DNA of 64,000 nt, taken from positions 5,584 to 69,583 of the forward strand of contig JAFPZP010000107.1 of NCBI GenBank assembly GCA_017417215.1. Direction: 5' to 3'. A model generated the notes under the pieces. That model was not told the origin of the DNA. It was given only the letters and a program-made list of their open reading frames with translations, and made no database searches. Each line of letters begins with the position of its first letter. The stretch's first letter is position 1. The DNA is from Candidatus Rifleibacteriota bacterium. GTDB taxonomy: Bacteria > Muiribacteriota > Ozemobacteria > Ozemobacterales > Ozemobacteraceae. A program made the position numbers and the translations under genes. Shown piece after piece: positions 1-9,434 of this stretch.

Positions 1-196
1 CTTCAAAATTGCAGTTTGCTGTAGAGAGGTCGGTTATCATCATAAGGGCAAAATAACCTTGCATGATTTTCTGGCTGACGTCTTCGATACTTACATTTGA
101 GTCAGCTATGGCTTTTGTAATACCAGCTAAAATACCAGGTTTGTTAAGTCCTAAAACTGTTACTACTACTTGTTCTTTTGAGTTGTCTTCGTTCAT
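1..196 (-). CDS. ACT-domain protein (UPF0237-like), truncated by the window edge
   Basis: Not in the ORF track. Manual translation MNEDNSKEQVVVTVLGLNKPGILAGITKAIADSNVSIEDVSQKIMQGYFALMM matches the ACT pattern (V.G.D+PGI.A..+..la..NI.D+SQ). AGGAG SD upstream. Confidence 0.85.
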   Translation of the reverse strand, partial: MNEDNSKEQVVVTVLGLNKPGILAGITKAIADSNVSIEDVSQKIMQGYFALMMITDLSTANCNFE

Positions 197-271
197 TTGG
201 TTCTCTCCTGTTAAAGATCTATATATAATAATCTTTCTATAGTTTTTTAGAAAGAGCAAGTTTGTTTTGTG

Positions 272-943
272 TTATTTTGTGTCATTACTAAATTTAATAT
301 TACCATCATTGTCTTCTTTAAATGAAAAAAAAGTGTCAACATCTTCTGTGTTTTGTGGTTGCATTTTTCTATATTTGTTTAATCTGATAGTTTTGGTATT
401 TGAGTCTAATATACATTCTGCCATAAGTTGAGCTGTGTATGAACTTACAATATTATTGTTGTCATCGTATTTTAAAAATTCACCGTAAGATTTTATATAT
501 ACTTTTGAATGATCATCTAAATAAGAATATTTTGTGCAAGCTATTTTAAATCTATAGGGGGGATGCTGTTTCTGTTGGTCATTCTGCCTATCGTCATCAA
601 GATAAGTGGTAAATGTGGCTGTTGAAGCTAAGTTTACCCAAGAACTAATGTTTTGGATTGAATTTGTAATAGTTGAGTCTTCTGCATAAAGAAACAATAC
701 TTTTACTGGGGAAGGATTAATTGATGTTTTGAATGCTTTTTTATTTGATTGAATAACTGCCATAGCATAGTTGATTCCTGAAAAAGCAGCATCTACCGCT
801 CTGTCGCTAAAATTAACATTGTTTTGAACCATTGTTTCTGTTTGAATTGTTTTATGGTAAGACATTGAAACAGACATAAGAAGGCAGAAAACCAACATAA
901 CTATTGTTATGGCAATCGAGCCTCTTTTATTATAATTCCTCAT
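272..943 (-). CDS. PilX/GspK-like minor pilin
   Basis: Basic leader KRG|SIAIT, hydrophobic helix without Glu5, and a PilX-like A..AA.SG motif (AVDAAFSGINYA). Last gene of a prepilin trio. Confidence 0.65.
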   Translation of the reverse strand: MRNYNKRGSIAITIVMLVFCLLMSVSMSYHKTIQTETMVQNNVNFSDRAVDAAFSGINYAMAVIQSNKKAFKTSINPSPVKVLFLYAEDSTITNSIQNISSWVNLASTATFTTYLDDDRQNDQQKQHPPYRFKIACTKYSYLDDHSKVYIKSYGEFLKYDDNNNIVSSYTAQLMAECILDSNTKTIRLNKYRKMQPQNTEDVDTFFSFKEDNDGNIKFSNDTK

Positions 944-968
944 TCCTCGCTCCTAATTCCAAATTATA

Positions 969-1493
969 TTATTGGATACCTGGTGCTATTATTATCATAC
1001 TTTCGCTACTTACGGTATCTGAAGCTAAATCGCCATTGTCGTTTTCGTATTCCTGACCATTTATTTGAAGAGATATTTCAAATGTTCTGCTGGATATGCG
1101 GTTTACATAAAATTTACCAACATTTCTTGCTAGTCGCATTGTATTTGCTGTGTTATCATAAGTACCAGATTTAGGACTGGTTCTGATTAATACGGATTGA
1201 GAGGCTAATATTCTATATTTTACATCTGCTTTTTTATAAATAATTCTTTTGGTAATGTTACCTACTTTGGGTGAAGTTACTTCAGTAGCTTCTAAAAGGT
1301 CTTGTTTTATAAGTTCAAAAGCCATTCTAGAATAGTTTTGTGAAGAAATTTTTTCATTGCCTTTTTGCCAAATATTGCCAGCATATTGTACAAATGCCAA
1401 TACCGACCCCATTATCATACTCATGACTATGGTAGCCACAAGAATTTCGGTTAATGAAAAACCTTTTTTTAAATTGTAGAGATTATTAATCAT
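969..1493 (-). CDS. Prepilin-type N-methylation protein (PilW/GspJ-like)
   Basis: KKG|FSLTEILV class III signal with Glu5; IKQDLLEA helix typical of PilW/J-like pilins. Confidence 0.8.
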   Translation of the reverse strand: MINNLYNLKKGFSLTEILVATIVMSMIMGSVLAFVQYAGNIWQKGNEKISSQNYSRMAFELIKQDLLEATEVTSPKVGNITKRIIYKKADVKYRILASQSVLIRTSPKSGTYDNTANTMRLARNVGKFYVNRISSRTFEISLQINGQEYENDNGDLASDTVSSESMIIIAPGIQ

Positions 1494-2137
1494 TCTGGAG
1501 GATTGTAACCACTGCCACTTTCGTCTTCATCTTCACCTTCATTATGTTTATCATCAAAGAAATCATCTTCTTCGTTTGGTATAGCTTCAGAACTTATAAC
1601 GCCTAATGCATTTATATCTACAGCTACGGCAGCGCTACCATATTTAAAAACAATTGTCTGTTCCGAAATTATCTTCTCTGAATTAGCAGCACTATCATCG
1701 TGTTCATAAATAAAGCCATCTGGTTTAAAATAAATGATTCTATCCAGACAATCAAATTTGCTTAAGTCTACTTCAACACTAGAATCTATTGTGACTTCAT
1801 CTTCATCGGCTATACTTGCCCAATAGTTATCTTCACTCATTGCACCACGTAAAGTAGGATTACTACCTTCATATGTTTCAACAAAAATAGAGTTAGAATC
1901 ATCTGAACTATTTTTTGCAAATCTTATTCTATTGAAACAGTTATCTTGCATAGCCTGATATTTAGCTTGTCTTATGTAATTAACCAAGATAGATGCTGCT
2001 GCTTTGCAACGGTCAGAAGAATGAAAGTTGTTTATGGCAGGAAGGGCAATACTACTGACTATAGAAATAATAATTAATACGCACATTATTTCTATCATAG
2101 TAAAACCTTGTTTATTGTTCCTGTTAATACTATTCAT
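1490..2137 (-). CDS. Prepilin-type protein (FimU/GspH-like)
   Basis: KQG|FTMIEIMCV, IALP, RQAKYQAM, and IYFKPDG (FimT/GspH F..dG motif); acidic tail. Confidence 0.8.
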   Translation of the reverse strand: MNSINRNNKQGFTMIEIMCVLIIISIVSSIALPAINNFHSSDRCKAAASILVNYIRQAKYQAMQDNCFNRIRFAKNSSDDSNSIFVETYEGSNPTLRGAMSEDNYWASIADEDEVTIDSSVEVDLSKFDCLDRIIYFKPDGFIYEHDDSAANSEKIISEQTIVFKYGSAAVAVDINALGVISSEAIPNEEDDFFDDKHNEGEDEDESGSGYNPPE

Positions 2138-2327
2138 ATTCTAATGTACCCTTCGTTTTTAATTATAGCATAAGTTAATGAAGTTTGAATAAACTTTTTA
2201 ATCTGTTTAACAAGTGTTTCAGCCATTGTTTTAATAGATATTGGCTTGGGTTTGATTAGTTTTATTATTGTAAAAAACTTCAATTCATGATAAGTTTTTA
2301 GCGAATTTGTAGGAGGTCATCCTTTTT

Positions 2328-3362
2328 ATGGCAGAAGACATTAAAGAAAACAAAGCTGTTAGTGCTCCAATAGATGAAGCAAAAGCTTTGGCTGATATAA
2401 AGAACGTTCACAAGAAAATAATGACCGAAATAGGCAAAGTTTTTATTGGTCAGACTAAGGTCGTAGAAGAAGTTCTATATGCTCTATTTGCAAAAGGGCA
2501 TGTTTTGTTGATAGGTGTTCCTGGGTTAGGAAAAACCTTATTGGTAAATAGTTTGGCAAAACTTCTAGACTTAGATTTCAAGCGTGTTCAATTTACACCG
2601 GACTTAATGCCGAGTGACATTATAGGAACAGATATTATTGAAGAAAACACCAAAACAGGTGAACGTAACTTCCGTTTTGTAAAAGGTCCTCTGTTTACTC
2701 AGGTTTTGTTGGCAGATGAAATAAACAGAACACCGCCTAAGACTCAGGCCGCTCTTTTGCAGGTCATGCAGGAACGCAAGATAACAAGTGGAACTACAAC
2801 TTATGATGTTCAAGAACCTTTCTTTGTTTTGGCAACTCAGAATCCAATAGAACAAGAAGGTACTTATCCTCTGCCAGAAGCTCAGCTAGACCGTTTTATG
2901 TTTAATGTTCGTTTAGAATATCCTCCTACAGAAGAAGAAATAATGATGGTTAAAGCTACTACCAGCGGAAGCATGGAAGACTTAAAACCTGTTATTACTT
3001 CCGATAGAATTATTGAATTACAGGAAATAGTAAGAAGAGTTCCTGTTTCTGACAGAGTTATAAAGTATGCTGTTGCTATTGCAGAAGCTACCAGACCAAA
3101 TCAGCCCAAATCCAGTGAATTTGTAAATAATTATATTACTTGGGGTGCTGGACCACGTGCTAGCCAGTATTTGATTCTTGGTGCCAAGGCAAGAGCTGTT
3201 TTACAAGGTAGATACTATGTAGCTTGTGAAGATATCAGAGCATTGGCATTTTCAGTTCTTAGACACAGAATTATGCTTAATTTCAGTGCAGAAGCAGAAG
3301 GAATTACTCCGGATTCTGTTATAGAAAAGATTATTAAGACTGTATTGGAACCAGTAGGTTAA
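2328..3362 (+). CDS. moxR: MoxR-family AAA+ ATPase
   Basis: GVPGLGKT Walker A, RVQFTPDLMPSD, LADEINR, ATQNPIEQEGTYPLPEAQLDRF; AGGAGG SD. Confidence 0.97.
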   Translation: MAEDIKENKAVSAPIDEAKALADIKNVHKKIMTEIGKVFIGQTKVVEEVLYALFAKGHVLLIGVPGLGKTLLVNSLAKLLDLDFKRVQFTPDLMPSDIIGTDIIEENTKTGERNFRFVKGPLFTQVLLADEINRTPPKTQAALLQVMQERKITSGTTTYDVQEPFFVLATQNPIEQEGTYPLPEAQLDRFMFNVRLEYPPTEEEIMMVKATTSGSMEDLKPVITSDRIIELQEIVRRVPVSDRVIKYAVAIAEATRPNQPKSSEFVNNYITWGAGPRASQYLILGAKARAVLQGRYYVACEDIRALAFSVLRHRIMLNFSAEAEGITPDSVIEKIIKTVLEPVG

Positions 3363-3399
3363 TAAGAGCATCTTAAGAAAGTAATGACGAATTTGGTAA

Positions 3400-4311
3400 A
3401 TGGATAAAACCAGTAAAATATCCAGATTTCTTGATCCAGAACTATTAGCTTCTTTATCAAATCTGGAAATAAAAGCCAGAACTGTTGTTGAAGGCATGAT
3501 TGAAGGTCAGCATAAAAGCCCTTTTAAAGGCTTTAATGTTGAATTTTCTGAATACAGACAATATGTTCCAGGTGACCCATTAAAAGATATAGACTGGAAG
3601 GTTTATGGAAGAACCGACAAGTTTTATATTAAAGAACATGAGCAGGAAACAAACCTTTCTGGTTATATGATACTTGATACTAGTGGCTCTATGTCTTATA
3701 AGGGTGCTGGGAGCATGAGTAAACTTGATTATGCCTCAACTCTTGCTGCTTCTTTGTCTTATTTAATGCTTAAACAGCAGGATTCTGTTGGTTTATTAAC
3801 CTTTGCAGATGGAATTAGCAAGATTATCAGACCAAGAACAGGAATTGCTCATTTAAAAACAATTTGTAACGAATTAGACAACATCAAAGCTACAGAAAAG
3901 ACAAATATAGGAGAAAGTCTTGATGTAGTTGGTCAGACCATGAAAAAAAGAGGTATTTTTGTAATGTTTTCTGACCTGATGGATGATGCTGATATTATTA
4001 TCAATAAGCTTAGACAGCTTAAGAGCAGACGTCATGAAATAGTTCTGTATCATATATTAGATGCTGATGAAATCAGATTTCCATTTGATGATATGACTAT
4101 TTTTAAAGATTTAGAAGATAAATCGGAAATTACAACAGATGCTTTTTCTTTAAGAAACGAGTATTTGAATAGAATCAGGCAGATGATTAATACTTTCAGA
4201 TCTGCTTTAAGAAAGTCAGGTATAGACTATTTGCTTGCAAATACTTCTATGCCTTTAGAAGCTAGTATCAGAAGCTTCTTTACACGCCGTCAGGCTATTT
4301 TGGAAAGGTAA
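3400..4311 (+). CDS. DUF58-family protein with vWA-like domain (MoxR partner)
   Basis: EFSEYRQYVPGD...IDWKVYGRT and DTSGSM MIDAS-like motif; directly follows moxR. Confidence 0.93.
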   Translation: MDKTSKISRFLDPELLASLSNLEIKARTVVEGMIEGQHKSPFKGFNVEFSEYRQYVPGDPLKDIDWKVYGRTDKFYIKEHEQETNLSGYMILDTSGSMSYKGAGSMSKLDYASTLAASLSYLMLKQQDSVGLLTFADGISKIIRPRTGIAHLKTICNELDNIKATEKTNIGESLDVVGQTMKKRGIFVMFSDLMDDADIIINKLRQLKSRRHEIVLYHILDADEIRFPFDDMTIFKDLEDKSEITTDAFSLRNEYLNRIRQMINTFRSALRKSGIDYLLANTSMPLEASIRSFFTRRQAILER

Positions 4312-4316
4312 AGAAG

Positions 4317-6455
4317 ATGAATTTTGCTAGCCCATGGTTTTTATTAGGTCTTTTCGGAATAGCTGTTCCTATATGGCTTCATTTGTATTTTAAGAAGACT
4401 CCAGTAATTAAAGATTTTCCAAGCTTACGTCTTATAATGAAGTCTGTGGAATATCTTTCACGCCAGAAAAAAATACGTAATCTTCTTTTGATGGCTTTGC
4501 GTATTATCCTTCTTTTCCTGGCTGTAATGGCATTGGCAAGACCTTTTATCGGGCAAAGTGCTGGAGCAGGTGTTTCTTCGTCTGCGCCCACAGCTTTTGT
4601 TATTCTATTAGATAATTCTATGTCTATGGGAAGCACTTATCAGGGCGTATCTGTATTTAATACTGCTCGTGCAAGAGCATTAGACATATTAGAACAGATG
4701 AACCCTTCTGACAAAGCTACAGTAGGTTTTGTTAATGAGCCAGGAGGGCTTGTTTTCCCACAGCTAACATGGGATAAAGAAGCTTTAAGACAGAGCATAA
4801 GCAATGCTAAGTTAACTTCTGCCGGAACAGATATAGCATCGGCATTGTTGCCAGCTTTAGAGCTTTTGGTTCCTTTAAATGGCTACAGAAGAACTATCTA
4901 TGTAGTTACAGACATGACAGAATCAGCTTGGAAACCATTTGTAGAAAGATATGACCTTGAAAGAATAGATAAGGGCATAGATTTGGTTATGGTTCCTGTC
5001 GGTGGGACTACTCCTGAAAATATGGCTGTTACCGGATTAGAAACAGAAGCTTCTGTTGTTATGCTTGGTCGAAAAATTCCGTTAAAAGTAACAGTAGCAA
5101 ATTATACAAACAAAAAGCAGACTGCAAAAATCAGTATTTCTATTAATGGAGAACGCCGAATTGGTTCTGAAGTTGAAATTGAAGCCAACAGCGAAAAGAT
5201 TTGTTCGTTAGATTGTTCTTTTTCAAAAACAGGAATGAATCATCTTGAAGCCTCAATACAGAATGATGCTATGCCTTCAGATGACCAGAGACACTTGGCT
5301 GTAAGAGTATTTGAACCTTGCAAGATTTTGCTTGTAAAACCTGAAAATGCAGGAAATACAGAAAATAACGATGATATTTTTATAAAATTTGCTCTGAATC
5401 CTTTGAATAGAAGCAAAGAAAATATTTTTGTTGTTGAATCCCGTTTGACTAGTGAAATAACAAATGTCGAACCTTCGAATTATTCTGCTGTTATATTGCT
5501 GAATCAAAGACATCTTCCAGAAAACTTTATTAAAAAACTATCTGACTATATGTTAGCTGGCGGAAATATAATTACTTTCTTGGGCGATAGAGTTGAGCCT
5601 GATTGGTATAACAAGCATTTATCAGATAATCTGGGTGGCGGTTACCTGCTTCCAGCCAGAATATTCAAGAGAGTTGGAAATTCTGTCAGCAAATCGGTTG
5701 GTTATCAGCTTACAGACATAGATATCGGACATCCAGCTTTTAGTATTTTTGGTAAAGATGGAAACGGAGATCCTAGCAGAGCTAAAATATACGAATTTTT
5801 CCAGGTTCGACCTAATCCGACCGCTATGCTTTTATGCAGAATGAGTCATGGTTTACCAGGTATTATAGAAGAAAAGCGAGGAAGAGGCCGCTCTTTATTG
5901 GTTACTTTCACCGCAGACAATAAATGGTCAGATTGGCCAATAAAGCCTACTTGGTTGCCTTTCTTGCATCAGGCTCTAATAGCTATGGTTACTGCCAATG
6001 ATTTAACTATAAATGGTGCCAGACCTGGTATGCCTATTTCCGCAACAATTACTGCCAATAAAGAAGAAAAGGTTATTTTAAAGCATCCTGATGGAAAACA
6101 GGAAAGTATAGATAATCTTACTGCTGGAAAAGGAATTATACATTTTACGACTAGAAATACTGAATTACCAGGATACTATGAACTAATAGTCGGAAATAAA
6201 CTTATTAGTGCTTTTGCTGTAAATCCTCCACCAGAAGAAAGTTATCTGGCACGTATTAATCTTAGAAAGATACCTAGATTTATTCCTCTTGAACAAGAAG
6301 TAGGAAAGGGTAAAACAGTAAAAGAAAAAGTTACTATATTGCGAGACGGTTATGATATGAGTGGATTGGCTATATGGTTGCTGATTATACTTGCATTGGT
6401 TGAAAGCTTCTTTGCTAACAAGCCAATAGAAAAGAAGGCTCCCAATGCTATATAA
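4317..6455 (+). CDS. BatA-N / vWA / Ig-like / GATase-like membrane protein
   Basis: MNFASPWFLLGL..PIWLH and LALARP (BatA N-terminus), DNSMSM MIDAS, VTD, C-terminal TM with ES motif. Confidence 0.85.
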   Translation: MNFASPWFLLGLFGIAVPIWLHLYFKKTPVIKDFPSLRLIMKSVEYLSRQKKIRNLLLMALRIILLFLAVMALARPFIGQSAGAGVSSSAPTAFVILLDNSMSMGSTYQGVSVFNTARARALDILEQMNPSDKATVGFVNEPGGLVFPQLTWDKEALRQSISNAKLTSAGTDIASALLPALELLVPLNGYRRTIYVVTDMTESAWKPFVERYDLERIDKGIDLVMVPVGGTTPENMAVTGLETEASVVMLGRKIPLKVTVANYTNKKQTAKISISINGERRIGSEVEIEANSEKICSLDCSFSKTGMNHLEASIQNDAMPSDDQRHLAVRVFEPCKILLVKPENAGNTENNDDIFIKFALNPLNRSKENIFVVESRLTSEITNVEPSNYSAVILLNQRHLPENFIKKLSDYMLAGGNIITFLGDRVEPDWYNKHLSDNLGGGYLLPARIFKRVGNSVSKSVGYQLTDIDIGHPAFSIFGKDGNGDPSRAKIYEFFQVRPNPTAMLLCRMSHGLPGIIEEKRGRGRSLLVTFTADNKWSDWPIKPTWLPFLHQALIAMVTANDLTINGARPGMPISATITANKEEKVILKHPDGKQESIDNLTAGKGIIHFTTRNTELPGYYELIVGNKLISAFAVNPPPEESYLARINLRKIPRFIPLEQEVGKGKTVKEKVTILRDGYDMSGLAIWLLIILALVESFFANKPIEKKAPNAI

Positions 6456-8727
6456 TATATTAAGTTTTTTAGGATTAGATGCTGGCTCTATTAGAAGTAT
6501 AAGTTCTTTTGCTGTGCATTTTTCCTGGGGTTGGGCAGGTTTTTTACTTGCTCTGCTTGCTGTTTTGCCTTTGGCTTGGTTTACCTATCGTTTTGAAGGA
6601 AAGAGCGTAAAAGAAAGCACAAAAAGAAAGCTTTTGACTTTAAGAATTGTATGGCTGGTTCTTGTTTGTTTTTTGCTTACAGGACCGACTTTGGTTGTAT
6701 CTGGCTGGGTTCCTTTACAGAACAGATTAGCAGTAATGTTAGATACTTCTAAGAGTATGAGTATTAAAGAAGGCAACGAAACTCGTTTTGATAAAGTTAA
6801 GAAAATAATTCAAAGCGGTTTCTTAAAGAAACTTGAAAAGAAAACAGGCATTTATCCTGATGTTTTTGCATTTGCAGAAAATGTTACTCCGATTTCTCCT
6901 TCAGAAATAGAAAAGTTTAATCTTAAGGCTGATGGAAACCAGACTGCAATAAGTTCAGGTTTAAAAAATGTTGTTTCTCATTTGGGAGAAGGCAATTTAC
7001 TAGGGGTAATAATGCTTACTGACGGTGTTAACACCATTGGCGAAAATCCTCAGAATGTTCTTTCTTCTATGAGAACACCAGTTTACTTTGTTGCACCAGG
7101 TCGCACCAGCAGTGTAACAGACTATGCTTTGTTTATTCCTAAACCACCAGCTTTTGGTTATCTAAATTCAAATTTAAGAGTCAGGGGCGAAGTTTCTGCT
7201 CGAATTACAGCTAATAGTGAAGCAAAAGAAAAAATAGAAGTCAAAGTAACCAAAGATGGTGAAATATTTGAAATTATACCTGTTGAAGTAATGGGGAATG
7301 GGGTAAAGGTGCCTTTCAGCTTTAATATTCCTTGTAAAGAAGAAGGCAGTTTTAGATTTGAAGTAGAAATACCTACCGTAGACGGCGAATTGACTGAAGA
7401 AAACAATAAAACAGCATTTTTATTGAAGATTGTTAGAGAACGTTTGAATGTTCTTGCTCTGAGTGGGTTACCAAACTGGGATATGAAGTTTATAACCAAT
7501 GCTTTAGCTGGTGACCCGAATGCATCATTAACTCATTGGGCAAGAATAACAGATGATAGGTGGGTTTGTTCTAAAGATTTCGAAGTAAAAAATGGAACTT
7601 CTGAACCCAATTTCCAAGAGGAAATAAAAGATGCTGATATTATCATTTTAAATGGTATTCCTCATAATTATATAAAGAGATTTGAATCAGATATAATTAA
7701 GCGTATTGAGTCTGGAAAACTTGGGTTACTTGTTATGCCCTCATGGAAAAGCCTGACTCAATTGGGTTATAAAGGAACGGAAATAGCGAATATACTTCCG
7801 GTAACAGTAGGTGAAGAAGTTTGGCGTGGAACTTCAGGAAATATGCTATTACCTTCTACTGAGACTTCATATTCTTTCTTGAATTTGGCTGATGACCCAA
7901 TAGAAAATAGCTCTCTGATGGCGACTTTGCCAAAATTTGATGGAATCTATGAATACGAATCTATTAAACAAAGTGCTGAAATATTGCTGACTTCTACTGT
8001 TATGGGAAGCAAAACAAAATTGCCTTTTATGTTAAGAACCAGAGCCGGATTAGGAAATATAATCATGATTAATGGCGGTCCTTTGTGGCCTATAGGTTTT
8101 AGATTGGCCAATAGCGAAAGAGGCTTCAGTACTTATGCCGGTATGATTATAAATATGTTGAAATGGCTGATTAATAGACGTGAAGATGCTCAAGTAAGCA
8201 TAGAACTAGCTAACTCTCGCGGTTATGTTGGAGCGTCAACTGTAGTTAAGGTATGGGTATCTGATAACAGACATAATTTGATGCAGAACGCCAGAGTAAT
8301 TCTAAATATTAACGGTGAAAAGGGTGAAAACTATAACTTAGTTTGTATTGAAACTTCTGAAGCAGGTTGTTACGAAAGTACTTTTATTCCTGCATCAAAA
8401 GGACTTCATACCATAGAAGCAAAAGCAAGTTATCAAGGCAAAGAACTTGGAGGCTCTAAGGTTGAGTTTTTAGTTGAAACACCTACTGCGGAATTTGATG
8501 ACCCAATAATAAAAACAGATGTAATGGAATCTATAGCTAAAGAAACTGGTGGCTTAATGGTTTTTGATGATGAAACTGATAAGCTTATAGCTTCTTTAAA
8601 TTCTGTTCCTGGAAAAAAACTTGAAAGCAAGAGTATTGATATCAGAGATTGTTGGTTATTGCTGATACTGATTATATTATTACCCTGTTTGGAATGGTAT
8701 TATCGCAGAACAGGAGGACTTTCTTAA
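6445..8727 (+). CDS. vWA plus glutamine-amidotransferase-like membrane protein
   Basis: Two N-terminal TMs, DTSKSM MIDAS, LTDG, ENN motif, C-terminal TM ending EWYYRR..GL. Confidence 0.82.
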   Translation: MLYNILSFLGLDAGSIRSISSFAVHFSWGWAGFLLALLAVLPLAWFTYRFEGKSVKESTKRKLLTLRIVWLVLVCFLLTGPTLVVSGWVPLQNRLAVMLDTSKSMSIKEGNETRFDKVKKIIQSGFLKKLEKKTGIYPDVFAFAENVTPISPSEIEKFNLKADGNQTAISSGLKNVVSHLGEGNLLGVIMLTDGVNTIGENPQNVLSSMRTPVYFVAPGRTSSVTDYALFIPKPPAFGYLNSNLRVRGEVSARITANSEAKEKIEVKVTKDGEIFEIIPVEVMGNGVKVPFSFNIPCKEEGSFRFEVEIPTVDGELTEENNKTAFLLKIVRERLNVLALSGLPNWDMKFITNALAGDPNASLTHWARITDDRWVCSKDFEVKNGTSEPNFQEEIKDADIIILNGIPHNYIKRFESDIIKRIESGKLGLLVMPSWKSLTQLGYKGTEIANILPVTVGEEVWRGTSGNMLLPSTETSYSFLNLADDPIENSSLMATLPKFDGIYEYESIKQSAEILLTSTVMGSKTKLPFMLRTRAGLGNIIMINGGPLWPIGFRLANSERGFSTYAGMIINMLKWLINRREDAQVSIELANSRGYVGASTVVKVWVSDNRHNLMQNARVILNINGEKGENYNLVCIETSEAGCYESTFIPASKGLHTIEAKASYQGKELGGSKVEFLVETPTAEFDDPIIKTDVMESIAKETGGLMVFDDETDKLIASLNSVPGKKLESKSIDIRDCWLLLILIILLPCLEWYYRRTGGLS

Positions 8728-8728
8728 A

Positions 8729-9427
8729 ATGAATGGTAATGTTTCTTTAATTATAAAAAAGGTGCTCCTGGCAACGGCTTTGGCTTGTTCTGCTCTATTA
8801 TGTATTGGAAGATGCTTTGCTGCCGAATGGGACAGAGTAATCATTGCTAGATTAAAATATAGTGGTGGTGGAGACTGGTATGTTAGCCCAACAACTATTC
8901 CTAATCTTTTAAAGCAGGCTGATAAACGATTTAAATTGCCTACACAGCCTGAACATATAGGCGTTGCTGTTAATGACCCTGAATTGTTCAGATATCCTAT
9001 GCTATATGCTAGTGGTCATGGACAGATTAGATTTAAAGACAACGAAATGATGGCTATTCTAACTTATCTTGATAACGGTGGTTTTTTGTGGATAAATGAC
9101 AGTTATGGAATGGAAAAATACGTTCGTCGAGAAGTTAGAAGGCTTTATCCAGACAGAGAATTTGTTCAATTGCCCAAAGATCACCCTATTTTTCATACTG
9201 TATATGATTTAAAAGATGGGTTGCCAAAGATTCATGAACATGATGGCAAGCCGCCGGCAGCCTATGCTATTTTTGACAAAGGGCGTATGAAGATTCTATA
9301 TCTGCTTGAATCAGATATAGGTGATGGTTTGGAAGACGAGGGTATACATAAGTCTGATACCCCTGAAATTAGGGAATTGGCCATGAAAATGGGTTTAAAT
9401 ATTCTGGTTTATGCAATGATGCAGTGA
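8729..9427 (+). CDS. DUF4159-family exported protein
   Basis: Signal peptide; RLKYSGGGDWY, YLDNGGFLWIND, HPIF, GLPKIHEHDG, MGLNILVYA. Confidence 0.88.
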   Translation: MNGNVSLIIKKVLLATALACSALLCIGRCFAAEWDRVIIARLKYSGGGDWYVSPTTIPNLLKQADKRFKLPTQPEHIGVAVNDPELFRYPMLYASGHGQIRFKDNEMMAILTYLDNGGFLWINDSYGMEKYVRREVRRLYPDREFVQLPKDHPIFHTVYDLKDGLPKIHEHDGKPPAAYAIFDKGRMKILYLLESDIGDGLEDEGIHKSDTPEIRELAMKMGLNILVYAMMQ

Positions 9428-9434
9428 GATAGCT

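Noticed and set aside
1100-1110. Fourth GGTTTACATAA match
   Set aside because: Inside a pilin CDS and lacks the TGA/TCA second-arm feature shared by the three intergenic copies; a weaker match at ~31191 was also excluded.
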